Shown here piece after piece: positions 19,230 through 27,200 of a stretch of 64,000 bases of DNA. Numbering within the stretch: the stretch's first letter is position 1; each line of letters begins with the position of its first letter. The DNA lies in the IMG/VR virus record IMGVR_UViG_3300032782_000001, positions 248,001 through 312,000 of that record. One strand, given 5' to 3'. The notes below the pieces were generated by a model. The model had not been told where the DNA came from, did no database searches, and worked only from the letters and a program-made list of their open reading frames with translations. A program made the position numbers and the translations under genes.

Positions 19230-19556
19230 TCAACTTTCCATGACTTCCCAGGCTTTCATGGTCGGGGTCATGACGACCTCCCACAAGCCTTGTTCATTAG
19301 ACGCTATTACGAGATCTTCCCATAAAATACTACAGAAATTTTCTCGGAGTTCAAAAATGGCGTTGGGACAAATCTTGTGATTATCGGCATATCTCGTCAG
19401 CGAATTAACGAACTCAACAAATACCTTTTCGTTATCAGGATTCCCTACCGGGTATAAGCGCCTCGCGCGCTCCATACATGCGCCCAAGATCCGTGCTTTT
19501 TCCCAGCTGCGGAGTTCTTCGTCTGTTGGTTCAGAAGAATAATGTGTCGCAGTCAT
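19230..19556 (-). CDS. Hypothetical protein with C-terminal VMES tag
   Basis: Ends MKAWEVMES* (Ser codon AGT). Confidence 0.7.
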   Translation of the reverse strand: MTATHYSSEPTDEELRSWEKARILGACMERARRLYPVGNPDNEKVFVEFVNSLTRYADNHKICPNAIFELRENFCSILWEDLVIASNEQGLWEVVMTPTMKAWEVMES

Positions 19557-19600
19557 TCCATCTTCAAGGCCTTACACTGGAAAGAATTGTAATGTTTGGA

Positions 19601-19957
19601 GTGGAGCGCCTCATATTGGAACCCACATTGCTCATGCATTGGATTCGGGAAGCTGAATGGAATGAACGCACGAAAAGAGTGAAAGCTGTGGAATTGGGCA
19701 TAGGAAGTTATGTAGAATTCCGACGATGTCGACCTACAGGATTCGATTCAATAACTGATATAAAATCTCTTGCAACCGGACGCATGGGGACAGTTTGGGG
19801 TGTGGAAATTATCGCATCCAGATTTAACGCGGAAAACGTGATTGTGTTCGTTTTTGAGGACGATTCTCGAGAAATCCGTGGAAAATGCATGCAAAAGGAA
19901 GATCACATGTGCGGACACGAAAATTGTCGAGTCGTCCGTGAAGTCATGGAGAGCTGA
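19601..19957 (+). CDS. Hypothetical protein with C-terminal VMES tag
   Basis: Ends CMQKEDHMCGHENCRVVREVMES*. Start is GTG 19601 (TAATGT-N5) or ATG 19592. Confidence 0.65.
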   Translation: MERLILEPTLLMHWIREAEWNERTKRVKAVELGIGSYVEFRRCRPTGFDSITDIKSLATGRMGTVWGVEIIASRFNAENVIVFVFEDDSREIRGKCMQKEDHMCGHENCRVVREVMES

Positions 19958-19994
19958 TTCCGAAAATCTCGCGAGATTCTAGGTATTCCATCAT

Positions 19995-20426
19995 ATGAAC
20001 TTTCCGGAAACCACCATGCAGTCCCAAGCTGATGTGGAAAATATTCTGGCGAAGGTTGCCTTCCGGCCCAGTTGTGTGAACCTCGACTGGAAATGGGAAT
20101 TGAAGCCCGTTTATTCGGCTCCTCCCGAATCCGATATTTCAGGATGGCTCATCCGGACCTCATTCGTCAGACCTGACACGGATAGCGGAGAAATCCAGCG
20201 AGGATTTGGAAGGTGGGAATATGTGGAAAAAGGAACTTCAATCAGCGGAGTTGTGAAAACTTGCTGGCTCCTCGCCGAACTCATCGTACGGCATGAACTC
20301 ATGGAAGCTTTCACCTACGAAGGATCGAAGATCTTTGATCCTCATCACGCTGTAGGTATTTTGAAGTCAGCTCAGACCGTTCAGATCATCATGAATCAAA
20401 AAGAGCAAGCAAGCCCAAGCCCATAA
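19995..20426 (+). CDS. Hypothetical phage protein
   Basis: 143 aa; RPDTDSG...GRW...HELMEAFTYEG..IFDPH pattern. Confidence 0.65.
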   Translation: MNFPETTMQSQADVENILAKVAFRPSCVNLDWKWELKPVYSAPPESDISGWLIRTSFVRPDTDSGEIQRGFGRWEYVEKGTSISGVVKTCWLLAELIVRHELMEAFTYEGSKIFDPHHAVGILKSAQTVQIIMNQKEQASPSP

Positions 20427-20428
20427 AG

Positions 20429-20824
20429 TTAGCTAGACATAACTTCAGTAACACAACATTCTTCATCAGAATGATGATTTCCAGCAACCATCGTTCCGCA
20501 TTTCCAACAGAACATCTCGAGGATGAACACGGCAACGGTCCGACGCCCGGAAGTGTCTGCCATATGTTTGGAAATCAATTTCCGCACGTTCTCAGGAAAG
20601 AAATTATCTCTCGTGCGACTGAAATTCCCGAGGGAAATAGTCCAATGACGATTTTCCACTGGATCAATCATCGTCCCGTCTTTATCGTATCCAACTGACG
20701 TCCAACCCAAAAGAGGTGGGAAAACCCCGGGAATGTCAGCACAAATGACAGAATCTCCTGTGCGCCTGACATGCTCGTGCATATCTTCAAAAAGTTCGCG
20801 CACAGTTTGGAAGAGAACTTGCAT
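20429..20824 (-). CDS. Hypothetical protein with CxxC/HH..EEC module and VMSS tag
   Basis: Ends CWKCGTMVAGNHHSDEECCVTEVMSS*. Confidence 0.7.
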   Translation of the reverse strand: MQVLFQTVRELFEDMHEHVRRTGDSVICADIPGVFPPLLGWTSVGYDKDGTMIDPVENRHWTISLGNFSRTRDNFFPENVRKLISKHMADTSGRRTVAVFILEMFCWKCGTMVAGNHHSDEECCVTEVMSS

Positions 20825-20839
20825 TGTAGAGTTGTCTCT

Positions 20840-21307
20840 ATGCCCGTAGAACCTAACCCGTACGATACACCTGAATTGATTGAACTCCGGAAGGGTCAGG
20901 GAGACCCTCTCATTCTATATCTGATTGTCCGGGAATCACTCGGAATGGGCGTGGGGAAAATTGCGGCCCAATGCGCTCATGCTACTCAAATGGTGATGTT
21001 GCGACACCTTGAGTTGGAAAGAGACGCATGGGAAAATCAAATGTCACCAGCTCATTCACCGAGTCATGAAGCTGCCCAAAAACTTCGCAGTGTCGTAGAA
21101 GAATGGCTCCGAACATCCTTCCGAAAAGTCGTCCTAAAGGCTGACGATAAAGAATGGGCAAAAATCAAAGAAACGGTAAACGTCTTCGTCGTTAAGGATG
21201 CCGGGTTGACCGAAGTGGAAGCTGGTTCAGAAACCGTGATGGCGCTCTGGCCAATGCGGAAGAGCGAAGCTCCGAAAATTATCCAAAGACTTCAGGTCCT
21301 GAAATAG
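20840..21307 (+). CDS. pth2: Peptidyl-tRNA hydrolase, Pth2 (archaeal/eukaryotic-type) family
   Basis: YLIVRESLGMGVGKIAAQCAHA, RKVVLK and VVKDAGLTEVEAGSETVMALWP are Pth2 hallmarks. Start placed at ATG 20840. Confidence 0.9.
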   Translation: MPVEPNPYDTPELIELRKGQGDPLILYLIVRESLGMGVGKIAAQCAHATQMVMLRHLELERDAWENQMSPAHSPSHEAAQKLRSVVEEWLRTSFRKVVLKADDKEWAKIKETVNVFVVKDAGLTEVEAGSETVMALWPMRKSEAPKIIQRLQVLK

Positions 21308-21535
21308 TCAGGATTCCATGACATCACGAACGATGCAATGAGGGCAACCACTCTCTGCCCCATCGTCTGTCATCTTTTTACAAATCGGGCAGGGAGGATC
21401 AGGCCAATCCACAAGCATGGACCGCCGAGGCTGACTAATGTAATCGATAGTCTGCCGGATGGGGTCCGTATTCGGAACGACCAATTTCTTGATAATAGGG
21501 AACGAAAACTTCTTGAATTCAGGAACGTCAACCAT
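21308..21535 (-). CDS. Small Zn-finger protein with VMES tag
   Basis: DPIRQTIDYISQPRRSMLVDWPDPPCPICKKMTDDGAESGCPHCIVRDVMES*; ATG 21535 follows the upstream stop at 21537. Confidence 0.7.
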   Translation of the reverse strand: MVDVPEFKKFSFPIIKKLVVPNTDPIRQTIDYISQPRRSMLVDWPDPPCPICKKMTDDGAESGCPHCIVRDVMES

Positions 21536-21536
21536 T

Positions 21537-21701
21537 TCAAGACCCCATGATTTGGGCGACGACACATTCTTCTTCTGTATGCACTAATCCACGCTCGACT
21601 AAGAGCCTGCACTTCTCGCAAGAAATCAAAACGACGAATTTCTTCGGGCCTTTCATGTTGACCCGAATCACCTGTGTGATTTCAAATTCAGGACATCGCA
21701 T
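21537..21701 (-). CDS. 54-aa Zn-finger protein with IMGS tag (below ORF-track cutoff)
   Basis: Hand translation: MRCPEFEITQVIRVNMKGPKKFVVLISCEKCRLLVERGLVHTEEECVVAQIMGS*; it exactly fills the gap between its neighbours. Confidence 0.7.
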   Translation of the reverse strand: MRCPEFEITQVIRVNMKGPKKFVVLISCEKCRLLVERGLVHTEEECVVAQIMGS

Positions 21702-21702
21702 G

Positions 21703-21948
21703 TCAAGACTCCATGACTTGAATCACAACACAAGCTTCTTCGGAATGAAGATGCTCACGACCTTCCAAAATGGTCCTTCCACAATCTAAACATGAATAAA
21801 TACGCATCATGCCTTCTTCCGGCATCAAATCAGACAGTGTCATTTTCTTGAGAGGAGTCGTTTCTAATTCCTGACGGATGGGCATCCTTCCAATAAACTC
21901 TGGCTCGGATTCCCGATAAACCGCCCCCGTAAATTTCAAATTAACCAC
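21703..21948 (-). CDS. Small Zn-finger protein with VMES tag
   Basis: GTG 21948 directly after the upstream stop; ...EPEFIGRMPIRQEL...CLDCGRTILEGREHLHSEEACVVIQVMES*. Confidence 0.7.
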   Translation of the reverse strand: MVNLKFTGAVYRESEPEFIGRMPIRQELETTPLKKMTLSDLMPEEGMMRIYSCLDCGRTILEGREHLHSEEACVVIQVMES

Positions 21949-21949
21949 G

Positions 21950-22201
21950 TCAGGATTCCATGATGGAGCGAACGGTGCATTCAAGACAACCGAGTTCGGC
22001 TCCGTTATCGGAGTCAAGTAATCCGCAGATCCGACAAGGGACATCTGGAAGTTGACTGACTGGCGAACGCCGTCGGACTTCACCTGCGACCCAGAGACGG
22101 TCATTGATGTCGGACATAATGCTTCGTCCGAGTTTTGCTCGCTTCTCAGGATCTAGAAGACACTGTTTGACGAATTTGATCTTATCGTCTTCGTGAGACA
22201 C
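21950..22201 (-). CDS. Small Zn-finger protein with IMES tag
   Basis: ...RAKLGRSIM...VSQLPDVPCRICGLLDSDNGAELGCLECTVRSIMES*. Confidence 0.7.
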   Translation of the reverse strand: MSHEDDKIKFVKQCLLDPEKRAKLGRSIMSDINDRLWVAGEVRRRSPVSQLPDVPCRICGLLDSDNGAELGCLECTVRSIMES

Positions 22202-22612
22202 TCACAACATTACACGCAAAATCCGAAGGGCGCGTGTTACATCATCATCAGATAGGCCTAGGGAGTTATCTACACGGATGAACTCCGGTCCAAAGCCTCC
22301 CAAATCCCTATCGTCGAGGATCAAGAATTGATCCGGGTGATTCTCTTGTACCCAAGCAAGAATACCCTGGACACGGTCTTCCGCAACGTCCAAAGCCTCG
22401 AGACGAGGTCCAGTATATCCAGAAGCCCTGAAGATAATTTCAAGCTCGTCCGGTTCAAACCGAATCCGCCAAAGAGAAGTCACGACCACACGAACATGTG
22501 GAATCGCGGCGAGCTCATTGAGACGAGCTACTAAATGCCGTTCCAAAATTCCTGGTCGAAAAGCTCCACCGAGGTTTAGAACGCCGTCGATGTCCAGGAA
22601 GATGACTTGCAC
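22202..22612 (-). CDS. HAD-superfamily phosphatase, Swiss-Army-Knife RNA-repair-like type
   Basis: VIFLDIDGVLN (DxDGV), VVVTSLWR, FLILDD, GLSDDDV. Confidence 0.8.
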   Translation of the reverse strand: MQVIFLDIDGVLNLGGAFRPGILERHLVARLNELAAIPHVRVVVTSLWRIRFEPDELEIIFRASGYTGPRLEALDVAEDRVQGILAWVQENHPDQFLILDDRDLGGFGPEFIRVDNSLGLSDDDVTRALRILRVML

Positions 22613-22615
22613 GAA

Positions 22616-23182
22616 CTAAGATACGACGACAGAATCGAGATCTACAAGCTTCAAGATCCCATCCGAAGTCCGCATAACGTTGCCAGGATTCACATCCACG
22701 TGAACAGTTCCGCTTTCTTCCAGTCTATCGTACAATTCCAAAGCATCGTCGAGAAAGTGGGATCCCATGTATTGCTTGATGGGCTTCCCAGAAATTTTGG
22801 CTCGAACGATAGCAGCAACTTCTTCCGCGTTGTCTGCCGGCTCGAGCTTCTCCATTACGTAGTAGTACGCCCAGCCTTGGGATCGACCAACACCTGGATT
22901 GTCGATCTCGCACAGAACGTCTGCTTCGTAGATTCTCGGATAAACTGTAGCGTCTTTCCCCATCAAACGTTTGATTTCCGCTACACGGTCTCGGGCGTCC
23001 TCCTCGTCAATCGCTACTTGGATCTTCAGAACACGGTCGCCCAAATCATAGACTTCACCCTGCCTTCCTGAACCAAGAAGTTTCCCGAGATCAGGAAAGG
23101 ACACATCACAGGTGTCTTGAACAGCGTCCATCATGCCGCCGGCAAAGATGGTGAGGGCAGTACGATAGAGCTTCATGATCAA
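22616..23182 (-). CDS. Protein kinase-fold enzyme (Ser/Thr kinase-like, minimal)
   Basis: LGSGRQGEVY (Gly loop), VLK, YYVMEKL, HVDVNPGNVM (catalytic loop), KLVDLD (DFG equivalent). Start may be ATG 23176. Confidence 0.8.
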   Translation of the reverse strand: MIMKLYRTALTIFAGGMMDAVQDTCDVSFPDLGKLLGSGRQGEVYDLGDRVLKIQVAIDEEDARDRVAEIKRLMGKDATVYPRIYEADVLCEIDNPGVGRSQGWAYYYVMEKLEPADNAEEVAAIVRAKISGKPIKQYMGSHFLDDALELYDRLEESGTVHVDVNPGNVMRTSDGILKLVDLDSVVVS

Positions 23183-23227
23183 GAGAGCTCCATCCAGATG
23201 TCCATGCTTGGACAGGAAACTAAAGAG

Positions 23228-23443
23228 TTAGCTCTCTATGACGGACCGAATGACACATTCAGGACACCCGTCGTCAGCTCCACCGTCGTTTACGATTACG
23301 CCGCTATCAATTACAAAGATCTTCTTGCAACTCGCACACGGTTTATCGTAATCCCGTGTAGTTCGAGCAGGGAGGGTCATCGCTCGTGCCAGTGCGAGCC
23401 TTCCCGCATGCGTAGAAATGATCTGTGTAATCACGGAGTCCAT
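23228..23443 (-). CDS. Small Zn-finger protein with VIES tag
   Basis: ...AGRLALARAMTLPARTTRDYDKPCASC...GGADDGCPECVIRSVIES*. Confidence 0.7.
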   Translation of the reverse strand: MDSVITQIISTHAGRLALARAMTLPARTTRDYDKPCASCKKIFVIDSGVIVNDGGADDGCPECVIRSVIES

Positions 23444-23454
23444 TCAGAATTCCA

Positions 23455-23658
23455 TCATTTGTATGGCCTGCGAAGCTTTGTGATACCTGATTTGAGTATT
23501 TCATAACATCGGAGACAATCCCGGTTCCTATGAATTTTGGAGAGTTGTTGGTTACCAAGCTTGAGCGCCCGCTGCCTCGTCGCCGCTTGGACGCGAACAC
23601 GATGGGTCCTCCAGGGGTTACCACCATTCGCCCATATGATCCATTCTCTTAGCTTCAT
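23455..23658 (-). CDS. Small hypothetical protein
   Basis: 67 aa, in operon with its neighbours. Confidence 0.55.
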   Translation of the reverse strand: MKLREWIIWANGGNPWRTHRVRVQAATRQRALKLGNQQLSKIHRNRDCLRCYEILKSGITKLRRPYK

Positions 23659-23662
23659 TAAT

Positions 23663-23893
23663 CTAGCTCTCCATCACTTGCATTACAATACACTCTTCCG
23701 GAGAATGATGGTGTCCATATTTGAATGTGAATCCGCAATCGTCACATTTCGTTATTAACGAGATCTCCATGAATATAGGCTGTGGATCCACGTGGTAGAC
23801 CACTAGAGTTTGTGGCTGGAGTTCCATCTTCTTGGGTGGAAGATCTGGTCCATTCCAGCGAATTTCGCCAATATCAAAAGATTCTGGCATCAT
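23663..23893 (-). CDS. Small Zn-finger protein with VMES tag
   Basis: CDDCGFTFKYGHHHSPEECIVMQVMES*. Confidence 0.7.
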   Translation of the reverse strand: MMPESFDIGEIRWNGPDLPPKKMELQPQTLVVYHVDPQPIFMEISLITKCDDCGFTFKYGHHHSPEECIVMQVMES

Positions 23894-24177
23894 TCAATAA
23901 CCTTGACGAAAGGAATCGATTTAGCTAATTTTACGTATCGAGCCAAAGAGCCGCGAAGGGATTTGGAAGAGCCTGCAGGCAGTTTCACAAACTGAATCTC
24001 TACGGTCGGATAGAAATCACCGGCTTCCGCATGACATTGGACACTTTGAATGAGTCCAATCGGCTTACCATGAATCTGGACCCTTGTGCATCCAGCGGGG
24101 AATCCGAATTCCAAAGTCAACGGGCGTGCAACCGCAAGATCAGCTGCCATGGAGAACAATACAAAAGAATCATGCAA
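23890..24177 (-). CDS. Small hypothetical protein
   Basis: 95 aa; ATGA-type overlap with the next gene. Confidence 0.55.
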   Translation of the reverse strand: MHDSFVLFSMAADLAVARPLTLEFGFPAGCTRVQIHGKPIGLIQSVQCHAEAGDFYPTVEIQFVKLPAGSSKSLRGSLARYVKLAKSIPFVKVIE

Positions 24178-24229
24178 CTTCGGTTTGCACGTCCCTACGT
24201 CGTCTCAACCGGAAAGTTGGAATGTCCAT

Positions 24230-24260
24230 TAGCCTACCCGGTTTCTCACCGGGTAGGCTA
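24230..24260 (-). terminator. 13-bp stem-loop just downstream of sheath gene
   Basis: tagcctacccggt-ttctc-accgggtaggcta, 17 nt after the sheath stop; no U-tract. Confidence 0.6.
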
Positions 24261-24276
24261 GGTAGATTGAGCAGTT

Positions 24277-27200
24277 TTAAGCGCTGATGCGGATCTGAAG
24301 GGTGCTTACAACGTATTCCAGCGGGAACACCGGTACGTAGATCGAATTGGTCCGCATGATGGTCGGATCGCTGTCATCCACGGCTGCGGAGATACCCGAA
24401 ACCTTGGCGACAATCTGGCTATCGATCAAACGTCCGAACATTGCAGTCAACGCACGTTCCGTCGTCTTAATTAGGGTGCCCGTGAACTTCTGCCCGATGA
24501 ACGGATCAAGAGTCGTTCGGACGCTCTGTTGCACGAATTGAATCGTGAGGGTAACAGACGGCGTACGGGTAATGACCGTGTCAGTCCGGGTCGTCAAACC
24601 GTGGCGGACACGAAGTCCGGAGTCCACAAGCTCGATAACCGAGACTCCAGAGACCGCCACTTGATTGGCTTCCGTGGGGTCAAGAAGCCTTCCCGGGCGA
24701 ACAAACCCGAGAACAGGGCGTCGAGTCCAAGGAGAAGCCACGTCAATAGACGGAGTGCAAGTCGTCGCAGCCAGAGAAGCCGCAACGTAGGACCCGTCCA
24801 CGAGTTGGTTTGAGATGTTGCCGAGGCTATCTTGAACTCCGATGAGGTAGGAGTCTGGATAGACCACCACCATGAGTTCGCTGGCCAGTCCTTGCGCAAT
24901 AGCCTGAGCAGCCAACGGATTAGTACCCGCTGCCACTCCAACCACGCCCATCCGCTCTCCCTCTTGACGCGGAGAGCTCATCACAACGCAGTGCTGGTTC
25001 AGGTAGGCGAAAATCGCCGGATCCGTGCCCAGCGGCGTAATGATGTCAGGCTTGACATTGCCTTGAATTGGCTTGCGAAGCTCGTCGATCGCGGCCGTGA
25101 AAGATCCGACGGAGGCTTGAGAGGTCCCAGGGACCTTCAAAACCTGCTTCAAACCCACGAGGACAGCTCCATTGAGCAATGCGAGACGAGCTCCAAGCGA
25201 GAGGGGGAACTCCGGAGTAGGAGGCCCGAACGCTGCTTGAATCGATTTCGCATCCCGGTAGAGCGCCGCTGAAAGATCGGTCTTCGCGAAGTTGTACGAC
25301 ACGTAATAAATGTCGCCGATCTGAGGCTCGTTGCCGCTCCTACCAAAGGTCTGCACGATTCCAGTCGTATCAATACCCATGTTCAAGGTATTGAACACCG
25401 TAGTTTCGAGACCCGGGATGGAGCGGTATGGAATGGAAGCGTCGGCCGTGAAGGTAGAATTCACGATGAGCGTGAACGTTCCACCGTTCGCGTAATCTCC
25501 CGCGGACGCAGGGAGAACAGTGAACCTGAGGCCCGTGATAGCATCCGTATAGGTCTGACCGGGGAATCCGACGCCAAACGAACCATTAGGATTCGTCGAA
25601 GTAACCGTGTAACCTGCACGTGCAGCTTCACCAGCATCTCCGGAAGCACCAGGAACGATCCCGATACCCGTATCCGTTACGAAGATCGTGTTGGCGACCG
25701 ACGTGAAGGACAGAAGACTGCCCGTACCGGCGGTCCTTGAGTTAATCTCGAGGTACCCACCAATTCCCGCCGACGTAATGCGGTAAGCCACAGCCAAAGC
25801 ATTGAAGCTGCCGTTGGCGTTCAGAGCTCCCGCAATATCGGAGGCAAATGGCTGATGACGGAAAGTCGCATTTCCAGAGGTGAACCCGAGAATGGTGTTC
25901 GCGGAACCCTGGTTGATTCGAACAAGAGAAGTGACCGTATTGGTCCTTGAGACCATGACCACTTCACCAGCGTTGATGCCGAGGCCTTCCTGAGCCACAA
26001 GCTCCGCAAGAACCGACGTGACAATGTTCACAGTGTCGTTGACAACGTGAACGCCAGCTTGCGTCCTGTGCGAGTTATACTTGCTCTTGAGCTCCTCCGC
26101 CAAAATGAGTGCCGAGCGGAGGTCCGTCGCATCCGGCGCTGCTACAACGTTGACCGTATCGGTCATGGGGTGATATGCACCGCCAACGTTAGTCCGGTGG
26201 TTGTTGTAATCACCCTTCGCCTCGTTCAGAAGGGTGATGGAGCTTGCCAGATCCGTCGCATTGGGCGAAGTAATCCCGTTCGCAACGTCTGCCACCGTAT
26301 GGAAAACGGCTGATGCGATGTGCGTGTTATACTCGGACTTAATATTGTTGGCGAGTACGACCAGCGCTGCAGTTTGAGTTGCCTGATCTGCTGCTGGTGC
26401 GTTTGCCGAGTATCCGGCGTTGATGTACGCAACAACATCTTCGATGGAGACTGAAACGCCAGCCGGCAAAATGGCGACGTAATCAGTACCATCAATCGTG
26501 AATTGGAAGTTGTCGTTTACCGCCGCGGTGATAGCGAACGGTGCCGTCTTCGTTCCAACTTGGATCGCCGGCTGATTGATAGCGTTGTAAGAACCCGTCG
26601 ATTCTTGATTCGGAGTGAAACCCAGTGCCGGAGCGGCATCCGTCTGTCCAGGCGCCGTGGGAGAAAGAACCTTGACGTTAGACTTGAGTCCGTTAGTCGC
26701 CGAGAGTACGTTGCGTCCAACGACCTTAAGAATCGACTGAACGCCGTAGGTAACCACCGACGCGAGATTGTTCGGCGCCGTCGAAGCGAAAGTACCGGAA
26801 CCATCTGGATGCACTTGCACATCCGCATCGATCGCCGTGTTGATGTCCGTTGCAACCTGCGCAAGCGTGGTAGCTGCAGAAACATCAATCGGCGCAATGT
26901 TGACACCATCCACTTGGATCACAAGGTGATCCGTAGCTTGGAAGACCAACGCGCCGGGGTTACTGATGGGTTGCGAGAGAAGCTGCGCCACATAGGCCAG
27001 CGAAAGATCCACGGTGAATGCGGGGTTACCGTCAACCACCACACCACCGAAGTTTTTCGTGGCGAGATAGACGTCGTACGGCTCGGCCCCGGCATTCGAG
27101 AAAGAAGCGTGAGTGGCCGGCTCCAACGCATTGCTGAAAGCAATGGTGACCGTTTCAGATACGGGATTCCCACCGAAGTGGATGGCGTCAGTGACGTTCT

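Noticed and set aside
19965-19978. 14-bp palindrome aatctcgcgagatt (and 12-bp acccctaggggt at 28995-29006)
   Set aside because: Intergenic and possibly operators, but short, dissimilar to each other and not repeated; insufficient support.
23444-23500. Out-of-frame ...AIQMMEF* overlapping the end of 23455..23658, resembling an eroded VMES tag
   Set aside because: That frame is closed a few codons upstream and the match is imperfect; could be chance.
18184-23893. Integron-like cassette array with GTCATGGAATCNTGA as a recombination site
   Set aside because: The tag DNA varies synonymously (TCN versus AGY Ser, three stop codons), there are no attC-like inverted repeats after most genes, genes lie on both strands, and no integrase is in the window. 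A protein-level explanation is preferred.
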